DNA from: Cyanophora paradoxa CCMP329
Taxonomy: Eukaryota; Plantae; Glaucophyta
Length of the DNA stretch: 64,000 nucleotides
Direction of reading: 5' to 3'
NCBI GenBank assembly: GCA_004431415.1
Contig: QPMI01000427.1
Span: 1-64,000 of the forward strand
Positions 10,306 through 19,812 of this stretch are shown piece after piece (position 1 is the stretch's first letter; every line of letters starts with the position of its first letter). The notes under the pieces were generated by a model, which was not told the DNA's origin, made no database searches, and worked only from the letters and a program-made list of their open reading frames with translations. The translations under genes were made by a program, and so were the position numbers.

Positions 10306-10962
10306 TTACGGTAAATCGGGGCGGAAGATCTTCACAACGATGCTGTTTCTATCGTATGTAAACCACCCATTATGCTTGTCCCACGATGCCCCGTTTTCCT
10401 TTAAGAATTTGCGCAAGGTAGCCCGAGATTTAATCGTCAAACCATGCTTTTCGAAATTGGGATACGATTGTGTAAGGTCTCTCGGCGGCACATCCAAATA
10501 AACGCGGCGCATTGCTTCCTGACGTTCACGATTGCGATTCATTTCTAACTTCCGAGACTGAGCACGAATTATTGCGAAAAGAAGGTCTTGTGAATTTCCA
10601 TTAATTCCAGATCCTTCAAAGACTTTGATAGGGTCAATTACTTCCACAAAATCGGCAGCAGTTACGTTGGGGTCTTCTTCAAATAACTCCCTTCTCTCCT
10701 CGTGTGGTATTTCCGGATACGTAAACCAGAAGAAGCGATTGTCGACCATCCCATACATCCTATTGGGGTTTGCAGGAAAATACCCGATCATAGAGAAATT
10801 TAAGTTCTGAACATCCATCATACCGACAAGACGGACAATCGCATTAATTCGCTCATTACTCAATCCGAGAAAGTTAGCAAAGACGGGGTTGCCTTCGATT
10901 GGAATGCTCATTATAGCGCGGTGGCGCCCGCGGTCTTCATCGCCTTCAAATGCGTTGTCCAT
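10306..10962 (-). CDS. Hypothetical protein with C-terminal DUF5710-like motif
   Basis: 218-aa ORF ending VYLDVP...LKENGASWDKHNGWFTY, resembling the 'L.Vp...K..GA.WD....W' module of viral and plasmid replication proteins. Has its own copy of the upstream promoter motif. Confidence 0.6.
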   Translation of the reverse strand: MDNAFEGDEDRGRHRAIMSIPIEGNPVFANFLGLSNERINAIVRLVGMMDVQNLNFSMIGYFPANPNRMYGMVDNRFFWFTYPEIPHEERRELFEEDPNVTAADFVEVIDPIKVFEGSGINGNSQDLLFAIIRAQSRKLEMNRNRERQEAMRRVYLDVPPRDLTQSYPNFEKHGLTIKSRATLRKFLKENGASWDKHNGWFTYDRNSIVVKIFRPDLP

Positions 10963-11240
10963 TGTCGCCTTTTACTTTAAGCTGAGAAAATATTTTCCTG
11001 TTGCCTAAATGTAGCGCGTTCTCCTTAAATCATTTTGCGTTGCCCACGGGCTTTCAATTTTTACCGCGATTACAGATAAATGGACGCCCCAGTATGGGAC
11101 GCGCACCCGATCCCTAATTACTTTTTAATCGACCCGGACGACCCCGGATTAAAGTGCATATGGCTTCTCCATATCCTAAGGCGACAGCTCCTTCAATTAG
11201 AGCGCAAACCAAGAAAAAGAACGCACGATAAGATAGACGA

Positions 11241-14200
11241 CTAACAGCCGAATGGAAGGCTATGTATGCCGTCGCCTGATATGCAGCGCTTGCTATCGAA
11301 TTGGGTCAGCGCTATCCGCTTGCTCTCCAAATCATATAAGTGGTGGCATCGCCGTTGCTTGTTTACTACTGTTACTGTTTTTGTGATCCCGTCAAATAGG
11401 CAGCGCTTAAAGTCGTCGAAATGCACCTCTTTCGAGGCTGTCCCGCTCATTTTTACCTTGTCGTAGCTCTCAGTGCGGAAAGCATATAGCTTCGGTCGCA
11501 GCCCCACATACTCCACTATCTTGACGTCGGGCATCTCATTTTTATATTTACCGGGAACCATCCGGTTCTCGGGACTATAAGGGCAGTCTAAATGAGGGCT
11601 GATCGCTCGCATGCCCGCTTCCAGATCCGCGGTCTCTATATACAGACAGAACGAGTCAGTATCGTGGAACAGCAGCTGAGCTTGCGACCAGGTGGGACGG
11701 ATCACGTCGTAAAAGAAGCTATAATTATGCAGCTTCGCGGCATCCAGCACATAAGCGCCAATAGCAACCGGTTTATCGAGTTTTACGTGTTTACTATACA
11801 TTTCGAATGCAACAGCGCTTTCGTTTAATACATTCGTCGCTTTTACCAGCGGGCTCGCCGCATATTTCTTAAACAGCTTAGTGCTGTTCGCGATCTTTAC
11901 CACGGAGCGCCCGCGACACGATTCCAGGCATTTACCGTAAATAGCATTGTTCATTAATTTAAAGAAGTCGCTCTCGAATTTATTCCGGGCTTCCTTTCGC
12001 AGCTTCGTGTTCAGATCTATATAGGGCTTCATAAATGCAGCGGTTGCAAACGAGAGCACCCGGTGGATCTTAGTAACTACAATCCCCTTTTTTACCATAT
12101 AGAGCAGCATCGGCTGAGAGACCACGTAATTATATTTCGGAGTAAACGAGGCGATCAGCTTCGGATCTTTACTGAGCTTCTCGCCGCTAATCTCCAAAAG
12201 CCCACGCTGATATTTGCCGAGCATGTCCGCAGTAATTACCTCTTTACTCACGATCAGCGGGAAATCGCGATGGTCAGCCTTTAAATAGTCCGGATACGCA
12301 AGGTCGACCTCTATAAATGCACTCCGCCCTACAACCTCGGTAAAAGCTGTGCTTGTGTCGTCCCAGCGATAGTCCCCGACCGGTAAAGGCTGACTGAGCG
12401 CATAGCCATATAGGTTATTCGCATCCAATAGCACTATATGTTTATTCTCGCTATTAGCCTCGGCATATCGTGTGGGCATGGTCGCAAAGCCGCCCCTAAT
12501 TGCCCGCTCAATAAATTCGTATTGATCCGCATCGCTGATCTGTTCTATCGCGACCCTCGTATGCTTTAACATCGCGTCCCACGATAGTCCCGGTGCGCTC
12601 ACATAATGAGTCGGATCCAGACCGTATTGCTCATGGGCGAGCATACTGAATTTACCGAATTTTACCATGAGATCATTAACATCGGACGCCTGAAAATCCA
12701 TGAAATTCGAGGCGTCTATAAACTTGTAAAGTCCCCACTGTAAAGAGAGATACTCATCGAAATTCTTACTTAGGATCTCGACCCGCAGCTTGTCGTCTTG
12801 CTGTGCGATTTTCCTGAATATAGCATGCCCGCACTCGTCCATCCTATCAATGACCACGGCTACTTTCGTTTGCTTTGAGATCCTCCTATGTAAATTGCAT
12901 TTTCGGCAAGCTTTCCCTATATAATCGCCGCTTTGGTGACAGTGATCGCGCACAGGGAAGTTTTCGTGGGTAAACCGCTGATTGCATATATAGCAGTGTT
13001 TGGTGATTTTATAGGCTTGCTTTTGCGCCTCTGTGAGCGGAATCATAGGTGTATTAGTAAATAGTGTATTAAGCATCTCGCGGCACAGATCGCCTAACGT
13101 GGTAAACATCTGTCCCAGCGGATCCACGCCCTCGAATTCGTGATTTTCAACATGAGAGCCCATAACAACATTAAGTGCCACCGACTTTACCTCTCGCTTG
13201 GTTCTATTTGGTTCATTAGGAACCGGCACCGACTCCATTTCTACCTTGCAGTAACAGACAGTAGGAAGCCACACCATTTTCCTTAGGTGTTGCAGTCCGA
13301 AAGTAATAAAGCTTCCGGGCTCCGGGCATTTACCTTTACTCAGCCGCCAATCGATACAGCGATTAGAGTCGGTGTGGCTATCGAGTTTCTCCTGTGATCG
13401 GAACCGGGACAAGCAGGTTTCGCAGTAGAAAATGCGCCCGTCGTTTGCTTTATCAAAGGTGGTCTTTAAGAGGCGGCTCAGTGACATAATCGTAATATAG
13501 TGACCCTGTCCGTTTGCGTCCTCGATCAGCAGCAGGTTTACCTTCGATTTACGACGCGGATTACTTGACATGTGCAGTGGGTAAAAGGTTTGGGTCGCAT
13601 TGTCGGCGCCATATATATTAATTGACAGCTCGGGATTATTGTCCTCGAAACGATCGATTATTTGGGCATCGCAAGCCACCGGGAAAGTAATGCCTGAGAA
13701 GTCCAGCTCAGTCATCCACCGCCTATATTGGAACGGATCATTACGTTTGTGTCTGTTTATGTCGTTTCTGTGCAGCCATGCGAGGATAGCGTAATTAAAA
13801 CAGTCGTGACCATCGATATTCTTAATATTTACTGTGGCTCGCTTTAATCCAATCCATTCGGGGGTCTCAATGTAGCAGCCGCCCATCGGCGCATATGACA
13901 AAACGGCGACATGTAGCTTATCTAATTTACTGAGCCGGTAGCTGTCGACCTGTATCATCTGTTCATTCATTTGCTGAGCTACACCCACTAACTCAGTGAG
14001 AATATTGCGCGACCTTGTGATTACGAAATAATCGCTGTAAATGTGTTTAGTGATAAAAACGTTAGGATCACTCACTTTTACGTATCGGCAGATGAAAGTA
14101 AGGCGCACCTTAATAGCTTTAAGCTCGTCCAGCCTCTCTTTCAGCCGCCCAGGCAGATTTGCAGCGATGGTAGTGAGAAATTCCACCGGATCTAAGATTA

Positions 14201-14504
14201 TCTGTTCATCCGCCTTATAGCTATACCAGGCGTATGCTTTATTCATTGCGAAACCGTCGTCCTCATCGGGTTCTATGACGGCTAAGCGCCGCCCTTCGGT
14301 ATAGAAGCGCTCCACATTTTCCAGGCGATTGTAGAGCTCGTCGGCAATATTCGCAAGGTTAGCTAAGCGGGGTTTTCGATCTAAGATCGCCGCCCTCCGA
14401 TCGTATTCGGCTTCGGTGATCTCCCCAGTGACTAAAAGACTACCTAACAAGCCTAATATTTCGTCCTTTTTCTCTTTTATAAGGCGATTAGTTTGGCGGG
14501 GCAT
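11241..14504 (-). CDS. polB: Protein-primed family B DNA polymerase
   Basis: Intact 1087-aa ORF co-linear with 3440-6721: LLDANNLYGYAL, KLMNNAIYGK, FHDTDS, GLRPKLYAF, and the same OTU-like, ZnF and EndoVII-like segments. Confidence 0.95.
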   Translation of the reverse strand: MPRQTNRLIKEKKDEILGLLGSLLVTGEITEAEYDRRAAILDRKPRLANLANIADELYNRLENVERFYTEGRRLAVIEPDEDDGFAMNKAYAWYSYKADEQIILDPVEFLTTIAANLPGRLKERLDELKAIKVRLTFICRYVKVSDPNVFITKHIYSDYFVITRSRNILTELVGVAQQMNEQMIQVDSYRLSKLDKLHVAVLSYAPMGGCYIETPEWIGLKRATVNIKNIDGHDCFNYAILAWLHRNDINRHKRNDPFQYRRWMTELDFSGITFPVACDAQIIDRFEDNNPELSINIYGADNATQTFYPLHMSSNPRRKSKVNLLLIEDANGQGHYITIMSLSRLLKTTFDKANDGRIFYCETCLSRFRSQEKLDSHTDSNRCIDWRLSKGKCPEPGSFITFGLQHLRKMVWLPTVCYCKVEMESVPVPNEPNRTKREVKSVALNVVMGSHVENHEFEGVDPLGQMFTTLGDLCREMLNTLFTNTPMIPLTEAQKQAYKITKHCYICNQRFTHENFPVRDHCHQSGDYIGKACRKCNLHRRISKQTKVAVVIDRMDECGHAIFRKIAQQDDKLRVEILSKNFDEYLSLQWGLYKFIDASNFMDFQASDVNDLMVKFGKFSMLAHEQYGLDPTHYVSAPGLSWDAMLKHTRVAIEQISDADQYEFIERAIRGGFATMPTRYAEANSENKHIVLLDANNLYGYALSQPLPVGDYRWDDTSTAFTEVVGRSAFIEVDLAYPDYLKADHRDFPLIVSKEVITADMLGKYQRGLLEISGEKLSKDPKLIASFTPKYNYVVSQPMLLYMVKKGIVVTKIHRVLSFATAAFMKPYIDLNTKLRKEARNKFESDFFKLMNNAIYGKCLESCRGRSVVKIANSTKLFKKYAASPLVKATNVLNESAVAFEMYSKHVKLDKPVAIGAYVLDAAKLHNYSFFYDVIRPTWSQAQLLFHDTDSFCLYIETADLEAGMRAISPHLDCPYSPENRMVPGKYKNEMPDVKIVEYVGLRPKLYAFRTESYDKVKMSGTASKEVHFDDFKRCLFDGITKTVTVVNKQRRCHHLYDLESKRIALTQFDSKRCISGDGIHSLPFGC

Positions 14505-14526
14505 CTTTTACTCTAAGGGAACATTT

Positions 14527-14823
14527 TTATTTCTCATTTTCGGCGCGTTTCGCAAGTTTCTGTTGGAGTCTAAGCCTAGCAACTCCTCGCGAATGATTCT
14601 TCTTCGCACAGTGTATGAAGTGATCTGAATCAAATGCGATAGAATTTACAAACTTATCTACTCGTTTCTGAAAGCGTCTCTTTGAGAAATTGGACTGATT
14701 TAGCTGATTTTCATTCATGCTATTCATAGAACACCCAGCCTTTGTTACATTGGTCGTTACGGTTTCGATGTCCAGAAAGACGTCGGGACAGGCTTTGGTA
14801 TACGCCTCCGGATAGGTCGCCAT
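14527..14823 (-). CDS. Small hypothetical protein (98 aa)
   Basis: ATG-initiated ORF packed directly upstream of polB on the same strand; no recognisable motif. Confidence 0.5.
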   Translation of the reverse strand: MATYPEAYTKACPDVFLDIETVTTNVTKAGCSMNSMNENQLNQSNFSKRRFQKRVDKFVNSIAFDSDHFIHCAKKNHSRGVARLRLQQKLAKRAENEK

Positions 14824-14885
14824 GTTTCTTAGTGTGTATTAGTGTGGTTCTGTGTCTGAAAATAATTTTTCCCGATGATCAAATT

Positions 14886-15182
14886 TTACGGACTTTGTAT
14901 GGTGCGCCCCGACAAATTTTTCCCAGCGAGCTTACTGACGCTCCTGACCGAGAGCTTTACGTTTTCGGGCAGCTCTATAACAAGTTGTATATCGCCCGAT
15001 TTGATGACATGGGTGCGGGTTCTTTTACCACGGCAATTCGGGTAGTAACCGAATATTCGCCTGAAAAGATCCTGTGTGGCTTCAATATCCATGGTCGCGG
15101 TTTGAGTGATCTCGTCCGCAGTCAGGGCGTGCGTATAGGTCGGTCTGATAGCGGTCATTGTGTTGTCAGTATATACAATCAA
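14886..15182 (-). CDS. Small hypothetical protein
   Basis: ORF co-oriented with its neighbours, preceded by AAAATTTGA and TATAAG-like motifs; the start may be the ATG at 15158. Confidence 0.45.
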   Translation of the reverse strand: MIVYTDNTMTAIRPTYTHALTADEITQTATMDIEATQDLFRRIFGYYPNCRGKRTRTHVIKSGDIQLVIELPENVKLSVRSVSKLAGKNLSGRTIQSP

Positions 15183-15330
15183 AGGTAGGCTTATATACCT
15201 TTGTCAAATTTTGAGAATGGCACGATATATAGTATACAAAATAATAAACTACTTAATTAATATAATAAACTACATGAAACTACTTGACTTTCCTTGCAAA
15301 ACTACGCAACTTGAAACCAAAACTACGCAC

Positions 15331-15441
15331 TTAATACCAAAACTACGCAACTACGCAACTTTTGCGCTTTTCAGAATTTTTGCCGCCCCGACCTTCAAAC
15401 CTTTTGCAGAAAGTTGCGTAGTTGCGTAGTTTTGGTATTAA
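15331..15441. repeat. Iteron-containing inverted repeat (candidate internal replication origin of element B)
   Basis: Perfect 32-bp arms ttaataccaaaactacgcaactacgcaacttt (15331-15362) and aaagttgcgtagttgcgtagttttggtattaa (15410-15441). Further AACTAC(GC) units occur at 15248-15330 and 15442-15515. Lies about 90 bp after the helicase stop. Confidence 0.85.
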
Positions 15442-15533
15442 ATGCGTAGTTTCCGGTATTAAATTGCGTAGCTTCGCTATGTAGTCGCGTAGTTACTAAA
15501 AACTGATGTAGTTAATGATTGTTTGGATGTCGT

Positions 15534-17948
15534 TTACGCTTCTATATCGTCCTCATCTTCGTCTTCGAACTGTGTCTTGGCGATCTTAGTGAGCCCCTTA
15601 TAAACTCGCTTCGACTTCCCTTTAATTGTCGTCACAGTCGATTCAATCTTGAATGTTTCGAGCACTTTGTTACTGATAGTGCGAGTGGTAACCTTTGTCT
15701 TGATATCGTAGCTTCGCATCATTTCCGCGCAAGCTTTGAATACCTCATCACAGGCAACATGGGCACCCTTTTCCTCTGACAGCTTGTAGTTTTCGCGCAG
15801 ATAGGAACCCAACTTATCGCTGTCGTCGAGATATTTGGCGCTATGCTCGATGACAGATTGCGGCGGGTTTTGCAGGATCTCTTTTACTTTGCCAGTAGCG
15901 AGCATATCGATGAGAATCTGAATATTTGCCCGCTTGTATTCATTTTTCTCGTCGCCCTCAAACATTTCCATGAGAGTTTCGTCCGCTTTCTTCTCTCCGG
16001 CTTTGGGATTAGGTGAGTAAACAGAGCGGAATGGGATCGATCGGAACCGACGCTTAATAGCTTTGTCGGGCTTTTCGATTTCCAGATTATTGTTGCACAG
16101 GATCACCATAGTAAACCGAGGCTTGAAATCAATAGGATCCTTGAAAAGTCCTCGGGCTGTGCAGAGCTCGCCACCTGTCAGTGTCTTCATCATACCGCAT
16201 AGAAGCTTGTCGCCATCATTAGGTTCGTTTGCATGGGTGAGCCGGACACCTTGCTTATTAGCAAGCTCGGGAATCGGGCTATTTGCTTTGTGGACTTGTG
16301 TGAGCAAAGTAATGCTAATCGGGCGAGCATAATCGCCGAATGTCTCTTGCATAAACGTTTCAATCACACTCTTTCCATTAGCACCGACACCTGTGAATAG
16401 ATAGAACGTTTGCAGGTCGGTTTTACCTGTGAGTGCATATGCATAGAGGCTGATCAGGTAATTGTAGAGTTCCATATCTCCGCCACAGATATCCAAATAA
16501 ATGTCTTTCAGCCTTTTAACCTTTGCCTCATCAACTTCCTCGCAGTAATCAAAGCCGACAGTCTTGCTCACCATATCTTCCGTCGTCCCCTTGCGGAAAG
16601 TCATATTATTTAGATCAAACACGCCATTAGTAAACCCCACAATATTGGGAACTGTGTCCAGAGTCGCCATAAAGTCATCGTCTTGTAGCTGTGTGATAAT
16701 ATGCGGTTCCAGCGACTTTTGATACGGTGTATTCTGAATCCTCTTGTGAATTGCCAGCAACATATTGGCGCTCTTCTCAGCCTTTTCCTTCACAAGGTCG
16801 TCTCCACTCGCCCTGAGAGCATTGGAAAGATGATGTCCCGCCCTTCTAGAAAACCATGGTGCAATGTGCTCAGGTATCTTAGAGAGTATGGACTTGTCCG
16901 TTTTATCATACTTCCAAATACCATTTTTGGAGTTAAGGTTAAACCAGACGTTATTTGAATATTTCGTGGTCGCTTTCAGGATCTTGGCGCAGATAATTGC
17001 AACAGGATAATGGGCGCCTTCAACTGAAACGGTCTTGTCAATGAGAGTATTAATTTCTAAATGGTGCTTCTCTTCCTCGGTCAGCTCTATGTTAACAGAG
17101 AACTCTTTCGGCTCGCAGTTCTCGCTATAACTCTTCACAATATACTCGTTATAATTGCCATCTCGCTTTTTCTTCACCCACCAGTTATTGGAATCGTGGG
17201 ATTCATCGCAGCAGGGGCACAGGAACCCCTTGTTAGCCGAATTGAAGTCAAAGCCCTCATCGCGGCGTGCATAGATGTTTGGGAATAGGAACCCCATGCC
17301 ACACAGTCCGGCAATAATAGCAGCTTCGGTATTATCCTTGCCTGAATTTCCCGCTTTCGGCTGTGGATTATAGACATGCTTGTAATCGTAGTTCTCGATA
17401 ATCCATTTACGGAAAGCGTCGGAGGGCTCATTAAACTTGCACGACGATGCCCACGGCTTAATTACCCAGGTCTTGTTAGGGCTTGGGCATACATTGAGAA
17501 TTCCAGAGGTGCCAGTGCCAGTGATGGTTTTGAGGTCGACCTTCTTGTATCCATTAAACGCCGGTGCCCGATCTATGATTTTCAGCTTATCGAACTCATC
17601 AGGGCGTCGAAAGAATACATGGTAGCCCTTTCGAGTTTTTTCGAGTGGCTGATGGGCATCGAAATCATCGGGAAACATCTCAACGAATTTCTGATACGTT
17701 TCCTCATCGTCGAAATCGACGACCATCATCGAATTCGACAGCAGAATGCCCCAATTAGTGAACTGATTGGACTTAAAGGCTTCATCATATCGTTCCCAGT
17801 TCCATTTACCGCCTTTATGTCCGTAGAAGGGCTCCTTTACCTCGTCTTTCATGGGAATAATCGTGTTTTTCGACAAGGTCTCATCGCCACGCAGCCAGTC
17901 AGCGAGCTCTTGGAGTAAAGTCTTTTGTTTCAACGTCATCTTCGCCAT
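15534..17948 (-). CDS. Primase-polymerase (AEP/PrimPol) fused to Zn-binding, D5_N and SF3 helicase domains
   Basis: WGILLSNSMMVVDFDD and EKTRKGYHVFF (AEP); CPCCDESHDSNN; GFTNGVFDL (D5_N); Walker A TGVGANGKS; ANEP; MKTLTGGELCTARGLF; LCNN; AIKRR. Confidence 0.93.
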   Translation of the reverse strand: MAKMTLKQKTLLQELADWLRGDETLSKNTIIPMKDEVKEPFYGHKGGKWNWERYDEAFKSNQFTNWGILLSNSMMVVDFDDEETYQKFVEMFPDDFDAHQPLEKTRKGYHVFFRRPDEFDKLKIIDRAPAFNGYKKVDLKTITGTGTSGILNVCPSPNKTWVIKPWASSCKFNEPSDAFRKWIIENYDYKHVYNPQPKAGNSGKDNTEAAIIAGLCGMGFLFPNIYARRDEGFDFNSANKGFLCPCCDESHDSNNWWVKKKRDGNYNEYIVKSYSENCEPKEFSVNIELTEEEKHHLEINTLIDKTVSVEGAHYPVAIICAKILKATTKYSNNVWFNLNSKNGIWKYDKTDKSILSKIPEHIAPWFSRRAGHHLSNALRASGDDLVKEKAEKSANMLLAIHKRIQNTPYQKSLEPHIITQLQDDDFMATLDTVPNIVGFTNGVFDLNNMTFRKGTTEDMVSKTVGFDYCEEVDEAKVKRLKDIYLDICGGDMELYNYLISLYAYALTGKTDLQTFYLFTGVGANGKSVIETFMQETFGDYARPISITLLTQVHKANSPIPELANKQGVRLTHANEPNDGDKLLCGMMKTLTGGELCTARGLFKDPIDFKPRFTMVILCNNNLEIEKPDKAIKRRFRSIPFRSVYSPNPKAGEKKADETLMEMFEGDEKNEYKRANIQILIDMLATGKVKEILQNPPQSVIEHSAKYLDDSDKLGSYLRENYKLSEEKGAHVACDEVFKACAEMMRSYDIKTKVTTRTISNKVLETFKIESTVTTIKGKSKRVYKGLTKIAKTQFEDEDEDDIEA

Positions 17949-18130
17949 TTTCGATGTCTTTCTACCTTTATGCAAGAAATTAATTTTTCTTAGGCTGATC
18001 AAATTTTGGCGAGTTGTCTTTAAATGCCCTACAAATTTTTTCCCGATGACTAAAACCGATTAGGAAGCTTGCCGATATGCATCGGAAAGCCGCTTGAAAA
18101 ATAAGGAATGGATTCAGCGGCGGATTGCGT

Positions 18131-18352
18131 TTAATACTTGCGGGGTCGCCCGCGGTTTCCACTGTGAATGCCCTCTTCTTGCTTGCGACGGTAGTAATAT
18201 TCCAGCGCCTTTTTCTTTTTTAATTCGCGATATTCGGGATCGTCGTTATAGCGCATCCGCTGTTTATATATATCCCTGACACGCCAGCCCGCCTTATCGA
18301 GATCTACCGGGTTCCCGTTCTTATCATACACAGTCATAGCATGCGTCTCCAT
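18131..18352 (-). CDS. Small basic protein with AT-hook (RGRPRK)
   Basis: 73 aa ending GNRGRPRKY; homologue at 91-317 in the same position in element A. Confidence 0.7.
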   Translation of the reverse strand: METHAMTVYDKNGNPVDLDKAGWRVRDIYKQRMRYNDDPEYRELKKKKALEYYYRRKQEEGIHSGNRGRPRKY

Positions 18353-18569
18353 TGGTTTACCTTACTTTAAGCTGAGAAAATATTTTTATCAGTGGTCTTT
18401 GCTATTTCTTCTTTAAATCATTTTCTGAGCTGTCATTTTTTGTGACCGAAGCGAGCTCTTCTCTACGTTTTTTAATAGCGGCTTCCAGTGCATATTGCGC
18501 GCATTTCCTGTATAGGATCGCGTAGAGATCAGGGTCGGGCATTCGATACTATTTAACGCGAAAATAGTT

Positions 18570-18917
18570 TCAGCGATCGTATTCGCCCAAATAAAGCGGA
18601 TTTATTGGCGGATATGGCGAATCAACGCGAATATGACCTTCTACGAAATTAGGGCACGACCGGCGTCGTATATAGGATACTTGCACGTCTTCTATTGCTA
18701 CCTGTGGGATTATATTGGAGTCAGCGGGCACAGGCGAGGGCGATCGGGATCGTGGGCGATCGTGATTATCGCTGTGGTTGGAATATACAGATAATCGCCT
18801 ACCTCCATTATCCTCGTCCGAAATGTCAACCTCTACGGTTGTCTCGCAGCAGGAGTTATGGCACGTGCTTGTGAAATGCAGGTGAAACATCTCAATGCAT
18901 TGTGTGATGAAATTCAT
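18570..18917 (-). CDS. Hypothetical protein (Cys-rich N-terminus, RS/SP-rich middle)
   Basis: ORF from MNFITQC; co-oriented with neighbours and preceded by a TATTTTCTCC motif. Confidence 0.45.
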   Translation of the reverse strand: MNFITQCIEMFHLHFTSTCHNSCCETTVEVDISDEDNGGRRLSVYSNHSDNHDRPRSRSPSPVPADSNIIPQVAIEDVQVSYIRRRSCPNFVEGHIRVDSPYPPINPLYLGEYDR

Positions 18918-19117
18918 AGATCCTAATATTGCACAACGTATTAAATATTGGAGAAAATAAAAGGGAATGAGGGTGTTACTTGCTCGTGTGTTCCCATACG
19001 AATTAGTCGACCTTATAATGGTGTTTGTGGAGCCGTCCTGTCCCTTTTGCAAGGGAATTCATATTAAGACCCGCTCTAAATACGGGCGGATTCATTTATG
19101 TTTGAACGACTTGCACA

Positions 19118-19789
19118 TTAGAAGCGACGACGCCCACCAAACATAGATGACAGATTGGCACCCGGCTGTGCATGCACACCCGATGGGTTAACGAAACCGC
19201 CCGGCTTTGGTGCATTTTCAGCTATGACTGTCTCTTTTCTTTCGACTGTCTGAACATCGGGAACAGTCGCCCGCTTCTTTTCCATTTCCACGCGAACAGC
19301 TTGTTTAATCAGCTTGCGCTGTTTGTATTCCTTAGTGAAATCATCAAAGGCTCGCACAGTAGTGTCGTATGTAGCCAGTCGCGCTTCGAGCGCCCTAAAC
19401 TTCTCCTCTAATTCCTGACCGACTTTCTCGCCCTTGGTCACATAGACAGATGCCCGCTTTTTAGGGGCTTCCATCGATGCAGGTAAAGCGGCTGTTGCTT
19501 CGGCTTTTACCACCTTATTATCGGTTAGCTTTTCGCCTGTGAGCTGTGATTCGGCGAGGGATTGATCCGCCAGCTTTCTATCAGTGGAATCGACCGGCTC
19601 TCGCTTAGCATCCACCTTTTGAGCACGCTCTGAAACCTTGGTATTCGGATCAATCAGATCGAAATCTATTTGGTCAGAAGCGGCAGCACCGCCAGTGCGA
19701 CCAGCATCCTCCGCAGGATTAATCTTGCCAGCGACAACAGCGCTTTGATCTTCCATTTGGATCGCTTTCCGCGAGTTCTTGGGTGGCAT
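19118..19789 (-). CDS. Hypothetical charged/coiled-coil protein (possible virion core protein)
   Basis: 223 aa, low complexity, helical C-half, ends SMFGGRRRF; located in the morphogenesis block after the ATPase. Confidence 0.65.
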   Translation of the reverse strand: MPPKNSRKAIQMEDQSAVVAGKINPAEDAGRTGGAAASDQIDFDLIDPNTKVSERAQKVDAKREPVDSTDRKLADQSLAESQLTGEKLTDNKVVKAEATAALPASMEAPKKRASVYVTKGEKVGQELEEKFRALEARLATYDTTVRAFDDFTKEYKQRKLIKQAVRVEMEKKRATVPDVQTVERKETVIAENAPKPGGFVNPSGVHAQPGANLSSMFGGRRRF

Positions 19790-19812
19790 TTATCATTATG
19801 CGAGAAATTTAT

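Noticed and set aside
19118-19150. MFGG/R as an adenovirus-protease cleavage site
   Set aside because: Matches the (M/L/I)xGG consensus, but no such protease is encoded and a single short match is weak evidence.
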